Notes under the pieces: generated by a model
The model's database searches: none
What the model saw: only the letters and a program-made list of their open reading frames with translations
Told to the model about the DNA's origin: nothing
Program-made: the position numbers and the translations under genes
Assembly: GCF_000002075.1 (NCBI RefSeq)
Contig: NW_004797450.1
Coordinates: forward strand, 792,535 to 856,534
Reading direction: 5' to 3'
DNA: 64,000 nt
Origin: Aplysia californica
Taxonomy: Eukaryota
Part shown: positions 52,601 through 64,000 of the stretch, piece by piece
Position numbering within the stretch: position 1 is the stretch's first letter
Layout of the letters: every line of letters starts with the position of its first letter

Positions 52601-55316
52601 TCTGACCACAAGAAAAGTAAGACAATAATATTTATAACATTCAAAACTGATTTTTAATTTACGAATACTGCCTGGGCCAACATGACAGACTTTTTTTTGG
52701 GGGGGGGGGGAATCAAAATTTTTTATTATCTGTGCTGCAGCAGCTCCAGAACCTTTAAATTACTTCCAAGAGCATAAAACCACACCAGTTGCAAAAGAAT
52801 AAAGTACAGTAGAACCTACTCTAAGGGCCACTTATAAACACACAACACAATCACCCGTATAAACGGCCACTTCCCATGATTCCCCCCCCCCTTTTTTTTC
52901 AAGGGAATGTCTACGTTCACAGTAACCGGGCACATAGTCTCAGTATCCACGTACACTGTAACCGGGTATAAAGTTTTGGGGACCCCTTGAGCAAGGTAAC
53001 TGCTTTGCCTCACCACCCCCCTCACTCATCACTGGACAGGTCAATCACAACGCTGCACCGCTGACTGCCTGTTTGGAGCCCACCTACAGCCCCCTCAATC
53101 TCTTCAGCTGTATCAAAGTTCGGGAGTTTCCTTGCCCGCTAAACCCAAGCGAAAGCAAAATTAAGTTTACAAAGAAAAAAAACGGGATATCGGTAAAGTC
53201 CCACTGTAGGGGTCAGATGGAGCAGTCGTGCATCTAGATCTACACTTGTAAGGTGTCTATGACTATGAACTTAGATATAGAGAAAAAAAGGCAGCTGAAA
53301 TGGCCATTGTCAAACAATGTGGCCTCACAAAATGCAGACATCGGAGAATGTCGGAGTTCGCACAGTGCACACACAACTTGGTGAGTCGCACAACATGATC
53401 CTTCTCTGTAGAACGAAGGTGGACCTTCCGGTTACTATGTAAGTAGACTCTGAGACTACTTGCCCGGTTACCATGTACGTAGACACTCTCTTTTTTAAAT
53501 ATTTTAATGACGCTGTATTTGATGGCCACATGTCTAAGACATCCACTTTCCTCCTCGACAACGGGAGCAGGGCTGCCAACCCATCTCCATGGTTTTTAGT
53601 TATGACCATAAAGAAAATTAGTAATTTCCCATAAAAATTCGTAATAGTGCTCTCATTTTCAGATTACTATTACAACGAACAAAAATAATATGTCTGAACA
53701 GGGCAAACGAGAGATTGCGGCAGAAGCATCGAGATGGGCTAAGCGAGCGGGGTGAAGGCACACCGCCTCACGCCGCATGTTGGCCGATCGCTAAAATTTA
53801 TTTTTAGACTGCTTGGGTCTCAGTAGCGTGGCAGCGATGCTTCTACTTGTATGCGGTATTATTGTGGGCAAGGGTAACTCGCACGTTCGTTTTTTTAAGG
53901 GGGGGCGGGGGGTTGATTTAGAGATTGGCGGTTTTCCGGCTATTGGCGGACAATTTACAGGCCTGCACGAAGACTTATAAAATAATATTTTTAAAAGGGA
54001 AAAAAAAAAATTTTTCAGCCGCCAAAAATCTGCTGACGGTAAAAATCGTAATAAATCGCCTTGAGATCGGAATTTGGTAGTGAGGCTAAAAAATCGTAAT
54101 GATTACGAAAAAATCAAAATGGCTGACAGCCCTGCGGGTGGCCATCTTAGACAAGTTTGACTGCAATTTGCATTTACAGAAAAAAGTTTGGAAGAAAAAC
54201 TTAATAATTTAGCACAAGTACTGAGTTTAAATCCAGGGGGAATAAATGAGACTTCTTTCAGCAATCTGAAAATATGAACCAAATAACTAAATTCCAATAA
54301 GTTTTAAATTTAAGTTGCACAAATTAATAACAAATGAAATTCAAAATGATAAATGAGTAAAAATGTAATGAAGACGTTGTCGTGAATGCTGGCCAGCATT
54401 GTCCGCATCATTGTGACAAGCGGATAGTTGATGGCTGCTACTATAAATATCGGCCAATTGCGTACACCTAACGTTCTCTAACTATCCGATCATTGTGTCC
54501 CATAGTCATAGGAAGGCACTGTCCAACCGAATCTACAACAGAGACACAATTTATTTAAACCTGGAGTACCTTTTATGTCTTTTTTATATAGTTTTTTTTA
54601 TCAACCTCACTGTCATGCCATGCCAATGTCATTCATCTCATTCCCATCTAGATTCTAGATTTAGAGAATCTAGATTTCTAGTAACGGAAGACCAAGTTAA
54701 CAGAAAATATGGAGCCACACGAGTCAATACGGTCAATACCACAGAAGGCAAAAAGGAAAAGTCAAAGGAGATTCTATTAGTTCTTATATAAACTAAAGTA
54801 AACAGACATTCACCAAAGCAAAAAGTTTCAACATAATAGATCTAGATTCTAGAATCTACATCTATCCAACATACCATTCCTCATCTTGTACAGCTGAACA
54901 TTTTTTGAAATGTACTCTGGAAACTGTATACTATCTCCTGCCTCACCACAAACAGCCATCAAAAGATTGTCACTCACGGTAAACATTTTGTCGTGATCTG
55001 AAAATATAAATGTACCTATTGAAATAGCATGAAGCATATAATATACACACAGACTAATTAGGAATAGATCTAGATCTACATGTACGGTTGTATGCTGTGG
55101 AGTCTGCTGTTGTCATGGTCTTATCGAGAACAGGTGGGATGCATCGAACAACACTGCAGTTGCAGTGAAGTACCGCTTTTTACTTTGATTCTGAAATCTA
55201 AAACAACATTTAACGATGAACATACCATCCTTCATAGCAACTACGCTCCGAGCGCATACTGTGTCAGACGCCAGGAGGACAAAATCCTTTCCTTGTATTC
55301 CGATAAGACACTCCAT
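47557..55316 (-). CDS. PSMB2: Proteasome subunit beta type-2 (20S beta4), 6 exons, 201 aa
   Basis: Exons 55316-55226, 54997-54875, 52310-52240, 50284-50122, 48935-48886 and 47664-47557 total 606 nt. [18 protein letters not shown]...DHDKMF...[47 protein letters not shown]...VNLLLAGYD...[16 protein letters not shown]...IQKRFIVNL. Confidence 0.96.
51533..52070 (-). mobile_element. SINE family A copy
   Basis: Reverse-complement copy. TSD ACTCTAACTG at 51523-51532 and 52071-52080. Confidence 0.85.
52807..54168. mobile_element. Degenerate Tigger-like MITE interrupted by a hAT-like element
   Basis: TA-CAGTAGAACCT left end and AAGTTTGACTG right end. The right arm matches 15150-15220. Confidence 0.55.
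53568..54134. mobile_element. Non-autonomous hAT-like element
   Basis: TIRs CAGGGCTGCCAACC / GGCTGACAGCCCTG, repeated AAAATCGTAAT, flanks CGGGAG / CGGGTG. Confidence 0.65.
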
Positions 55317-55319
55317 GAT

Positions 55320-55710
55320 TAGTTCTTTCAGTCTCTCAGTCTCAGTAGTTCCGAGTTCAGCGTTCAGTCCTCGGTCTCAGTCGTTGTTTTGCATTTTGCA
55401 GTATCATGAAGGTTCGATATAAAATGTATAATTTTTCTAAGAAAACAACTTGTGACAAATAATTTTCTACCTTCTATTTTTATTTACTTTAAAATTTTAA
55501 GAAAAAATACAAATTAGTATATTGTCTGTTTATAATTTGTGTATATCTTTTAGAAATAAAACGGTCTTCATTTTAAAATATTTGTTCCTATTAAAGCTAA
55601 CGTTTGCGCCATATTTTAAGCTTTTCTACCGTTCGGGACGAACAGACAGACCGTCGGTTGAGAAAGCGGATTGAGGCTGTTTGAGGCGAGGATTGTTACG
55701 ACTGAGCCTG
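55320..55710. promoter_or_regulatory. Putative bidirectional promoter PSMB2/MAPRE, including the probable non-coding MAPRE exon 1 (about 55630-55710)
   Basis: PSMB2 ATG at 55316 on the minus strand. A CpG-containing segment on the plus strand ends in the donor CTG|GTAAGA at 55710/55711, with ETS-like CGGAAGT just downstream. Confidence 0.5.
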
Positions 55711-56394
55711 GTAAGAACAGTGAAGACGATCGCGGAAGTATACTTTATAAATAACTCAACAGTTTCAAATTTCTCGGTAAATATGCTGTTATGACGTTGT
55801 AAACACATGGTAGCTTTATTCTGTGCTTACTGGAGACAGGTTTTCAGTCATGATTTTGGGAATTGCGCTTTATGCATTTGGAGGAAACGTCTCTTCCGCA
55901 CCGGTTCCTCGCCCCTTCTCCCCACGGGGGAAAAGTTCTGGCATAAGTAGAGCCATTTTTTTGTTTTGGAAACACCATATTCCTTTAAGTCTTCGACTGT
56001 CGTGTGTAATTTAAGTTGTCCTGATTCACCACTCTATAAAGGAAAAAAGGCAGGGATATTCTTTTTGTAAAATACAATATATAAAATTAAAATGAAAGAA
56101 GAGAAGACTTGTAAGGGGAGTTTTTGGGTGGGGTTGAGTCACTGACTGGACTCTGGCTCAGTCTCAGTCTGAGGGTGGGGGATAGGCCCCACCACTCCCC
56201 ATTTATTTTGTTGTCCTGTTACACCAGTTATGGTTTAACTGACTATGGTCCTAGATTCTAGATCTTTTTACATTTCCGAAATATCTTGGTTTTAGGAACT
56301 GCATCCAGTTTATAGTCAGGCTAAATTTTATGATTTCATTAACCTGCCTAAACTAAATTAAACAAGGAGTGGGACACAACCTCTCGAGGCTAGG

Positions 56395-58944
56395 AGGGTA
56401 GGTTGGGGCAACTTCGACGGTTTTGTGTAGTTCCGCAAAAGTAACCGATACTGCTCCCGCCTTTATGAAAGAACACAGACCATCATGGCCATGGTATTGT
56501 TGTGTCAAGCAGCCATTCTACTTTCTACTTCTCGATTATATCATGTTCTTCGCTCTATAAATTGTATTCCGGATTTTCAACCAGTCACGATTTTGTGGCA
56601 TGCCCTCGCTTGGGGCAACTTCGACTGGGGTTGGTACAAATTCGACCCCTACATTTGACAACTTCGGCATAGCCTGTGACTGTGACAGTACTGACAGGGG
56701 CTGTGGGCAACTTCGACAGGGGGTGGATGTCTTCAACAGTATTGGGTTCTTATTCAACTTATTGTGCCCCCCCCCCCCTGTCTCTTTCAACTCCTCTCTG
56801 CTGAATTCTCTGTCTTTCTCTCTCTCCCTGTCCTCCTACTGATCTCTTTCCCCTCTGCCCCCTCTCCCTCACTCTCCGAGCGCGCGCGCGCACACGAAGA
56901 CACACACTCTCATCATGCACACACACGACAGACACACACGCAGTGACGGGGCGCCATTGGTGCAGTTGGTGCAAGCGCTCCACCTGCCACCTAACCCTGG
57001 CCTTCCCCCCCCCTCCCTTTCTAATTGTTCTAAACCAGTCAGTGCTCTAGATCTACATAAAAGCCAACTACACATCCTTGCGATCTGTCACCCGCTGGCT
57101 GCGCCAGTGAAGAGACAGACGGCGAGGATGGTTTCGCACCGCTTGCGATAGTGTCTGCTGGGAGCAAGCAAAATCTTTGCACCAAAGTTATTTTTGTCAC
57201 TGTAGACTACAAATCTAGGCATCGTTCTTCCTGCACAAGAAGAAAGGTGGTGCATGAAACTGCTCTTCACAGCACCAATTTGGTGCAAGCTTAAAATTTG
57301 ATCCAAGCTTCCTGGAGTCTATCTACTGCAGGGGGGCTCTCGTGGCCTAGAGGTTAAGGTGTTGGCCTCTCATTCAAAGGTCCCGGGTTCGATTCCGGGT
57401 AGCGACCAAAAAATTTTCTTCTCTAAAATTGTCTCCTTTCACATCCTTTCCTGATCTCTAACAATGTTCTGTTGTCTGCTTTCATTTCCAATTTCTGCCC
57501 CACCCCCTCACCTCCTTTGCCCCCTCCTCTGGGCTCCTGACTCTTTCTGCAGCCTTTCTACTGCTACTCCTTAGCTCCTCCTAACTGCTGTCTTTCTGCC
57601 ACACCCCTGATCTTCTGGTAGGAAAGATCTACACCTAGCCTTCTCGGACAAGGGCGAAAAATCTCGGAGGGCCCGTGTGCAAGTTGCGCACGTTAAAGAT
57701 CCCTTGGTGGTCTAAAATCGATAAGAGTAGGCTTCGGCCGCCACCCGGGCAAAATTCAAAATTTCCTACCAACGAAAAAGTATTAGGTGTGTCCCGCGCG
57801 CTCATATGACCTATGCAGTTGCGAGCGCCGTAAAACCCTATACTAAACAAAATATCTACTGCAGTAGAGTCTATGGTAACTGAATGAAGAATGGGTGTCA
57901 AAACTGTTGTCTCCCTCTATTGTCACAATTATTGTGTAGCAAGTCCTGCTGCTGCACGTAGTAATTAGAAATCTTGAAATCTTCTCAGATTGTGAGCATA
58001 ATGGGTTGTTAGTATTGTTTTACTTTACTGCAGCTTTTATGCGGTTTCATTTAGAAACAGTTGCATATATCGATAGATGTTGATTGACTTTCTCAAGAAT
58101 TGTTATATTAGTAGCTACTACTACACCTTGCCCGGCCATTTGCTCACTTTCCAATTATGCACCACCTTGTCTGCTACGCACGAGACGCCACTGCACACAC
58201 ACTCACTCACACACTCTCTCTCTCTCTATTTCTCACACACACAGACACACACTCACATACTTAGCTCTTGACATGGGACAGTTGAGCAGTTTTGTCTGAA
58301 GTCTAAATTTCTGCTAGTTTGTATCTGACCGGGCAAGGATTTCGACCCAAATGAAAATGATAATTTACTTGACAAACAAGATTAAACTGAAATGTGATAG
58401 TTTGTTAAAGGTGATCTTCTTATGAAGCTGGAAGGTCGAAATTGGCCCACCCCCGTCGAAGTTGTCCTGTTTCGCCCTCTCAAATTTACACCAACCACCA
58501 AAATCTCACCCCGTCATTTTAAATAAATCATGTAAATTCGTATAATCGACATTTCTAATTCTAGATGGATTTACATGTACGTAAGGATACCAAAGTTTCG
58601 TCATACATAACTGATGAATATTTTTAAGCCAAACAAGCGTGTATAAAAAATTAAATGATAGGTGAAGTGCTGATTTTTTTCTTCAAGTGCGAAAAGTACG
58701 CAGTGACGGAGCGCGGAAGTTGAATGGGTGTTTTCTGAAGCTTTCTGGCTAAAAGTAGAAACAAGTGGAAGCCCAGGAAGTTCTAAAGCCCAAATTTTAT
58801 TTTTAGATAGAATCAAATGTGCGACGAATAAAAGTGGGCTTTGATTATAATTCCACGACACAGGGGTAAAATAATTTGCAAGAGCCGAGTCTAGGTTGAG
58901 GCTGTCGAAGTTGCCCCATGGTCGAATTTGCCGTAACCTACCCT
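56395..58944. mobile_element. Non-autonomous TIR DNA transposon with iterated GGGGCAACTTCGAC motifs
   Basis: TIRs AGGGTAGGTTGGGGCAACTTCGAC / GTCGAATTTGCCGTAACCTACCCT. The motif recurs at ~56611, 56637 and 56705, and inverted at ~58435, 58455 and 58905. Contains a family A SINE. Confidence 0.75.
57332..57852 (+). mobile_element. SINE family A copy (tRNA-like head, Deu/Nin-like core)
   Basis: A box TGGCCTAGAGG, B box GGTTCGATTCC. Core CCTTCTCGGACAAGGGCGAAAA...GTTAAAGATCCC...TAAGAGTAGG. 12-bp TSD TATCTACTGCAG. Confidence 0.88.
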
Positions 58945-61449
58945 AGAGGTATTTCTCAAGTTGGGCTCAAGACTGTCAGAAGAGAGATTATAGATTTACA
59001 GTTACAGCATCATCATTACAAGGGCTTTCATAGAGTGTCTTTGTTTACGTACTCTTGTCTCTTGTTTTTTTCCCATTCGCTTTATCTCACTCCGCGTGTG
59101 ATTTTGGTAGATCTGCCGTCTTGATGTTTATTTTGCCTGTTATCAGCTGAATTCAGTCAGTTTGTGTGTGTAATGTAGGGACATGAAAACTGTTGTCTCC
59201 CAGTTGTTTTTTTCTCGTTGATTAAGTTAGGACCTGTATTTTTAGAAGTAGATCTAGACCTATATATATTACATAGATCCCTCTCTATATATAAATGAAT
59301 GTGCGACCTTTGTACAAGTTCATGAATGTAAGGCGTATCTTTGCACAATTACTAAACTTTGTCTAAGAAATCAGATTTATAGGGGGTTTTTCATGGTCAG
59401 ATATTATATCCCTTCCTTTTCCTTCAATCAGTTTTTGTCCAAGCAGCTATTATTTTTCATTTAATGAAAAATCACCCTGTGAATTTTAACTTTAAAAAAT
59501 GCTCAGTTTTTGTTGTGATACTGCATTTTTCTTTTAACTTGGAAGCACTGCGAACACAGAGATGTTAAATTCTGTTCGATTGACTGTCTGAGATTTTTAA
59601 AGACTTGATTTTACTTAGTTTGCCTTAATCATTGAGTCATTGAAAAGCGCACCTGGAACTGCATGAATATTTAGTAGACATTGATACTGTGGTTCCGAAC
59701 TTCTGTATTCATATTTTTTACAGAAATGTATGCATTCTGAAAGTTACTTTAAAAAATGATTGAAATAGTACCCACGGATGCCTGTGTTTTAAAAAAAAAT
59801 ATTTTCTGTCATTTTCTTTTGAAAAACAAGAGTTATTATTTTTTAACCTTTGTTTTCTATTTAACGCCATATATTAGTTGCGTTTATTTTATTAACTACC
59901 ATTTTGTTTTTAAAAGCAACTTGGTGCATTTTCAGATATTTTCACAAAATCCCAGTGACATCCATAGTGTAGGCCTGCAGGTATAGCGAAGGATTGATCT
60001 ACTTATCTTCTTAGATGAAATTTTAGGATATTTACAGGCACTTACTTATCACTCACTAATCAACCAAAGTCTAGGTTGTTCTGAATGCAGTATTGTTGTG
60101 CCGATTTCATTTTCTTTCTTTTATTGGCTGACTTGGGATATTTTGCTGGGACCGGAAAATTTGTGCATAGATCAAGAGACTGAGTACATGCTGGTTGATT
60201 GTATTTTGTATAATTGATGACTAATTGAATTATATCAGTTGCAAAGTAAAGGGAAATTTGCTTTTAAACACTACCAGCATTGTGTGTGGCATTTTAAATT
60301 GTGAAATCAGGCGTTCGTCAAATTAATGCAATCAAAGAAACCAACATTTTTAAAGCAATACCTTTTATTATTTCCTTTTAAAATCACATTGATGTGTGGA
60401 TTTTATGGAAAAACAATTATGAAAGGCACAAAAGGGGTACATTTGCAATTTCCGAGGAAACTCAAGCCTTGGAAGTCACAAAACTTTGGCAGCCATTTTG
60501 TCGCTGATTTTACCTCTATGGCTCTTGACGACCCCACCTCTTTCAATTTCAAATATCTCGACTTCTGTTCAAGATTTTTTTAAATGTTCTCTCATCGAAT
60601 TAAAGCAAATGAGCAAGTTTTAGGTTGATGATGTGTGTAAAAACTAATGAGTGCCCTATTTGAACATGTAGTGACACATCATATTATAATTATGTAGATG
60701 AGGTGAAGAAATGAGATAAAGTAAGACAAGCTTTTAGTGATTAAGGTTTTATAGGTTGTTGGCAATCTCTTTATTCAGGCTCCCGATTGCCATTTCCAAC
60801 TGTCTAAAATCACTTAATAAAATCTCTCTTCTTCCCTAACCCCCACCTGGATGCTGTTCATGGACCCTGCTACAGACAGGTGGCCCCCAGACCCCTGGCA
60901 TAGAATTTCCCTTACTTTTCTGCTTAGTCTGTAAAAGCAATGTTAAACTTTTTTTTAAAAGTTCTTTCTCTTTTTTATTTCTCTAATGATCCCTTAGTGT
61001 GAAACAAGCAGCAACTGCTTCCCCATGGGTGTCCGTTGTCGCTTTTGGCTTTTACTACAACATAAAATCCATTTTACATTTTATATCCCATATTGACATT
61101 GAAAAAAAATTGTGGAGCGAGTTTGTGGATATTAATTACTAAAATGTATTAGAAAAAGTCCTTACTTGGCACTATGGCATATCTAGCTGATCTTGTTTTA
61201 TATTTTAAAATCAATTGTATGTCAGTACTTAAAAATAGCAATGACTATGCTATTCATCTCTGAAGATCTTTTGGTTTTATCAGGACTCATGAGTGCATGC
61301 ACATACCAAAAATATTCTGCACCGTACTGACTGATAATAAAGTTTTGTGGCTTTCTGGTATGATCATTTTGGATTCAGGTTTATATCTCTGTGAACATCT
61401 GTTGTCATGTGACTCTCATGATTTAACCCTTTCAAACCTATATTTTGCA

Positions 61450-61494
<45 letters not shown>

Positions 61495-62024
61495 CTTCCC
61501 TGCCACTGTATTCTGGAGGGAAATTTCAAAGGAAAATGTTAATCTTTTTTCTCCATATAAATTAGTAGCGACTATATTTTGTCTTGTTACGGTTTTGTAG
61601 CAATTGAATTGATCATGAGTGGGCTTTATTTCTTTTGGGTTTTTTATTTATTTTTATTTTTTTTGGACTGTTTTGGTTGCTTGTGGTCTTGTCAGTCTTT
61701 CATGAATATTCAAGACACTTGAAGGTGTCTGTGTTCATGAGCACAATTCGAAGAGTTGTATTATTATGTTCAAATTTCTCATGTTGTCCTTGGATAAACA
61801 CTGCATGATATTCTTGACCATTGCATCCATTGAGTTGTTCCAAGAATCCCTGTGTTCTCATGTCATACATAACAATTCATTACACGATATTTGTGAGCTG
61901 TCACTGTCAGGCATTGAAACTTGTGTTAAAAATTTGAAATGTGAAAGTGAGGAACAGATTTATTGGGAAAATGTACTATATAAGCACATTTATTGCTTTT
62001 TAGCTTAAACTTAAAGTTGAAAAC

Positions 62025-62553
62025 GGGGGCTCTTGTGGCCTAGAGGTTAAGGTGTTGGCCTCTTATTCAAAGGTCGCGGGTTGGAATCCGAGTAGCGACC
62101 AAAAAAAATTTTCTTCTCTAAAATTGTCTCCTTTCACCTCCTTTTCTGCTCTCTAGCAATGTTCTGTTGTCTGCTTTCATTTCCACTTACTGACCCCACC
62201 CCCTCACCTCCTTTGTCCCCTCCTCTGGGCTTCTGACTCTGCAGCCTTTCTACTGCTACTCCTTGGCTCCTCCATACTGCTGTCTTTCTGCCACACCCCT
62301 GATCTTCTGGTAGGAAAGATCTACACCTAGCCTTCTCGGACAAGGGCGAAAAATCTCAGAGGGCCCGTGTGCAAGTTGCGCACGTTAAAAATCCCTTGGT
62401 GTTCTAAAATAGATAAGAGTAGGCTTCGGCCGCCACCCAGGCAAAATTCAAAATTTCCTACCAACTGAAAATATTAGGTGTGTCCCGCGCGCTCTATGAC
62501 CTTATGCGGTTGCGAGCGCCGTAAAACACCTTACAAAAACAAAACAAACAAAC
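62025..62553 (+). mobile_element. SINE family A copy
   Basis: Full-length copy with (CAAA)n tail and TSD TGAAAAC. Confidence 0.85.
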
Positions 62554-62713
62554 ATGAAAACATGAGTATATTTGGATGGAAAATTCTGGGGCCTGTATTA
62601 ACTTTTAACACATCCTTTTTCACCTTTTGTGTAGTCTCACAGCCTTCCATTTTTGTCTGTTTTGCAGATTTATATTTCTGAGGAACTTGCGTCTCACTCA
62701 ATACATCTTCATA

Positions 62714-63650
62714 ATGGCTGCTGTGAATGTGCACAGCACAAATGCTTCAGATAACAACCTCAGTAGGCATGATATGATTGCATGGGTCAACGACAGTTTA
62801 CAGACGAGCTACTCAAAAATAGAGGAGTTGTGCTCAGGTAAGAGTGATTCCTTCTTTTTCCTTTTGGCTTCATTCTGACTCATGCTTTACTGTCAGAAGA
62901 GCCTTGCTAATGTGACCATCATTCTGAAAAGGGGTAATTGTGAAAGTCTATCAGGCATATAGCAGATTTTCAGGTCTTGAATGTTTTCTTAGTCTTATGT
63001 CATGTGTACTTGGATATTATTTATTTCTATTTCCAATACATAGCAAAATTATTACTTAAATTAAAAAGATTTCCATGTCCCGCCAATTTTGCTACTTGGA
63101 TGCTTAACTTTAGATCATAGTGTTTTAAAGGTTGGTTGTTTTTTTGTTCCTATTTAATTTTAGATTTTATTGGTCTTTGCTTTTTTGTTTTACCAGCATC
63201 TCAATCTGTGTTGTATTATAGTGGTTTTAACCACATCGCCGTCGTATGCAGAAAATCAAAACCTGATTACAGCCAGCGAGGAGGGAATTTCTTTTGATTA
63301 TATTGATCTTTCTTTTGGGATGCTGTGTCCCTCTTAACCTTGGTTGGCCCTGACAGACTGGGTTGAAGCCCAGCTCCTCAAGGATGTTTGTTTTGCTAGT
63401 TATGTAATAACACATTCTAAGCATGTTTCTTTGTATTAGTGCAGAAAGAGAGTGCCTGAGTAAATTGAGTTTGTGGAACAAAATCTACAGTAAGTTACAA
63501 GCACTCAGCTCCCGTAGGATCACATGTCAGGATTATATTTGTGGTAGGAAATTAGTAGAATTATGTATGCAGCTACTGATGGCTCTGATCATTTAAATCT
63601 TGTTTCACCAGGAGCCGCATATTGCCAATTCATGGATTTATTATTTCCAG
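62714..63650 (+). CDS. MAPRE1: Microtubule-associated protein RP/EB family (EB1), first two coding exons; continues beyond the window
   Basis: Exons 62714-62837 and 63612-63650 give [54 protein letters not shown], the N-terminus of the EB-family CH domain. The acceptor precedes 62668. The paralog number is nominal. Confidence 0.93.
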
Positions 63651-64000
63651 GTCTGTATTTTTCTTGTCTTTATATTTTACATTTTGTTAATGAACGGCAT
63701 CATGGTAAAATTATGATAGAAAAAGTGCTCTTACAGTTATTTGTTTGTCCAAGGAGTCTATTATTAGATTATTTATCAATAGATGATACCATTTTTTAAT
63801 CATTTTTATTTTTATGTCGTTTTTTGTCACACAGGAGTGCATAGATATATATGTCAAATTTTGTCATCATTGACTCAGAAAGGTTCATTACCAAAGTTCA
63901 GCAAAGTTTGTTACCGTTGGAAAATTGAACATCGATCAGTAGTTCAAGTGAAAGCAAAGGGCATGCAATTTTTAAAAAGTTACTGTCAGTTTTTTGTTGT

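Noticed and set aside
57332-57408. tRNA gene-like sequence (also at 3352, 22391, 37081 and 62025)
   Set aside because: A/B boxes are present but the acceptor stem does not pair and each continues into a repeated SINE body. These are SINE heads.

Overview
Eukaryotic (animal) genomic DNA with assembly gaps: AT-rich, intron-rich and repeat-rich. The SINE and transposon complement suggests a mollusc or gastropod (inference). I reconstructed the exons by hand from splice sites and reading frame. The window holds two head-to-head gene pairs. The first is ATPAF1/ATP11 (minus strand, 8 coding exons found, last exon not seen) and ALG6 (plus strand, 14 exons, 532 aa, with one U12 minor-spliceosome intron). 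The second is PSMB2 (minus strand, 6 exons, 201 aa) and a MAPRE/EB1 gene (plus strand, continues past the window). The left end carries the last 4 exons of an unrecognised multi-pass membrane-protein gene. Introns and intergenic DNA contain nested mobile elements: a young 5'-truncated RTE LINE inside a Deu/Nin-type SINE, an internally deleted RTE-BovB-like element, CORE-like SINEs, and Tc1/mariner/pogo-type MITEs. There is also a decayed mariner-like transposase and a Chapaev/Transib (RAG1-related) transposase relic with CACAG(T/C)G ends, inside an element with palindromic termini. No CRISPR, rRNA or true tRNA gene was found.
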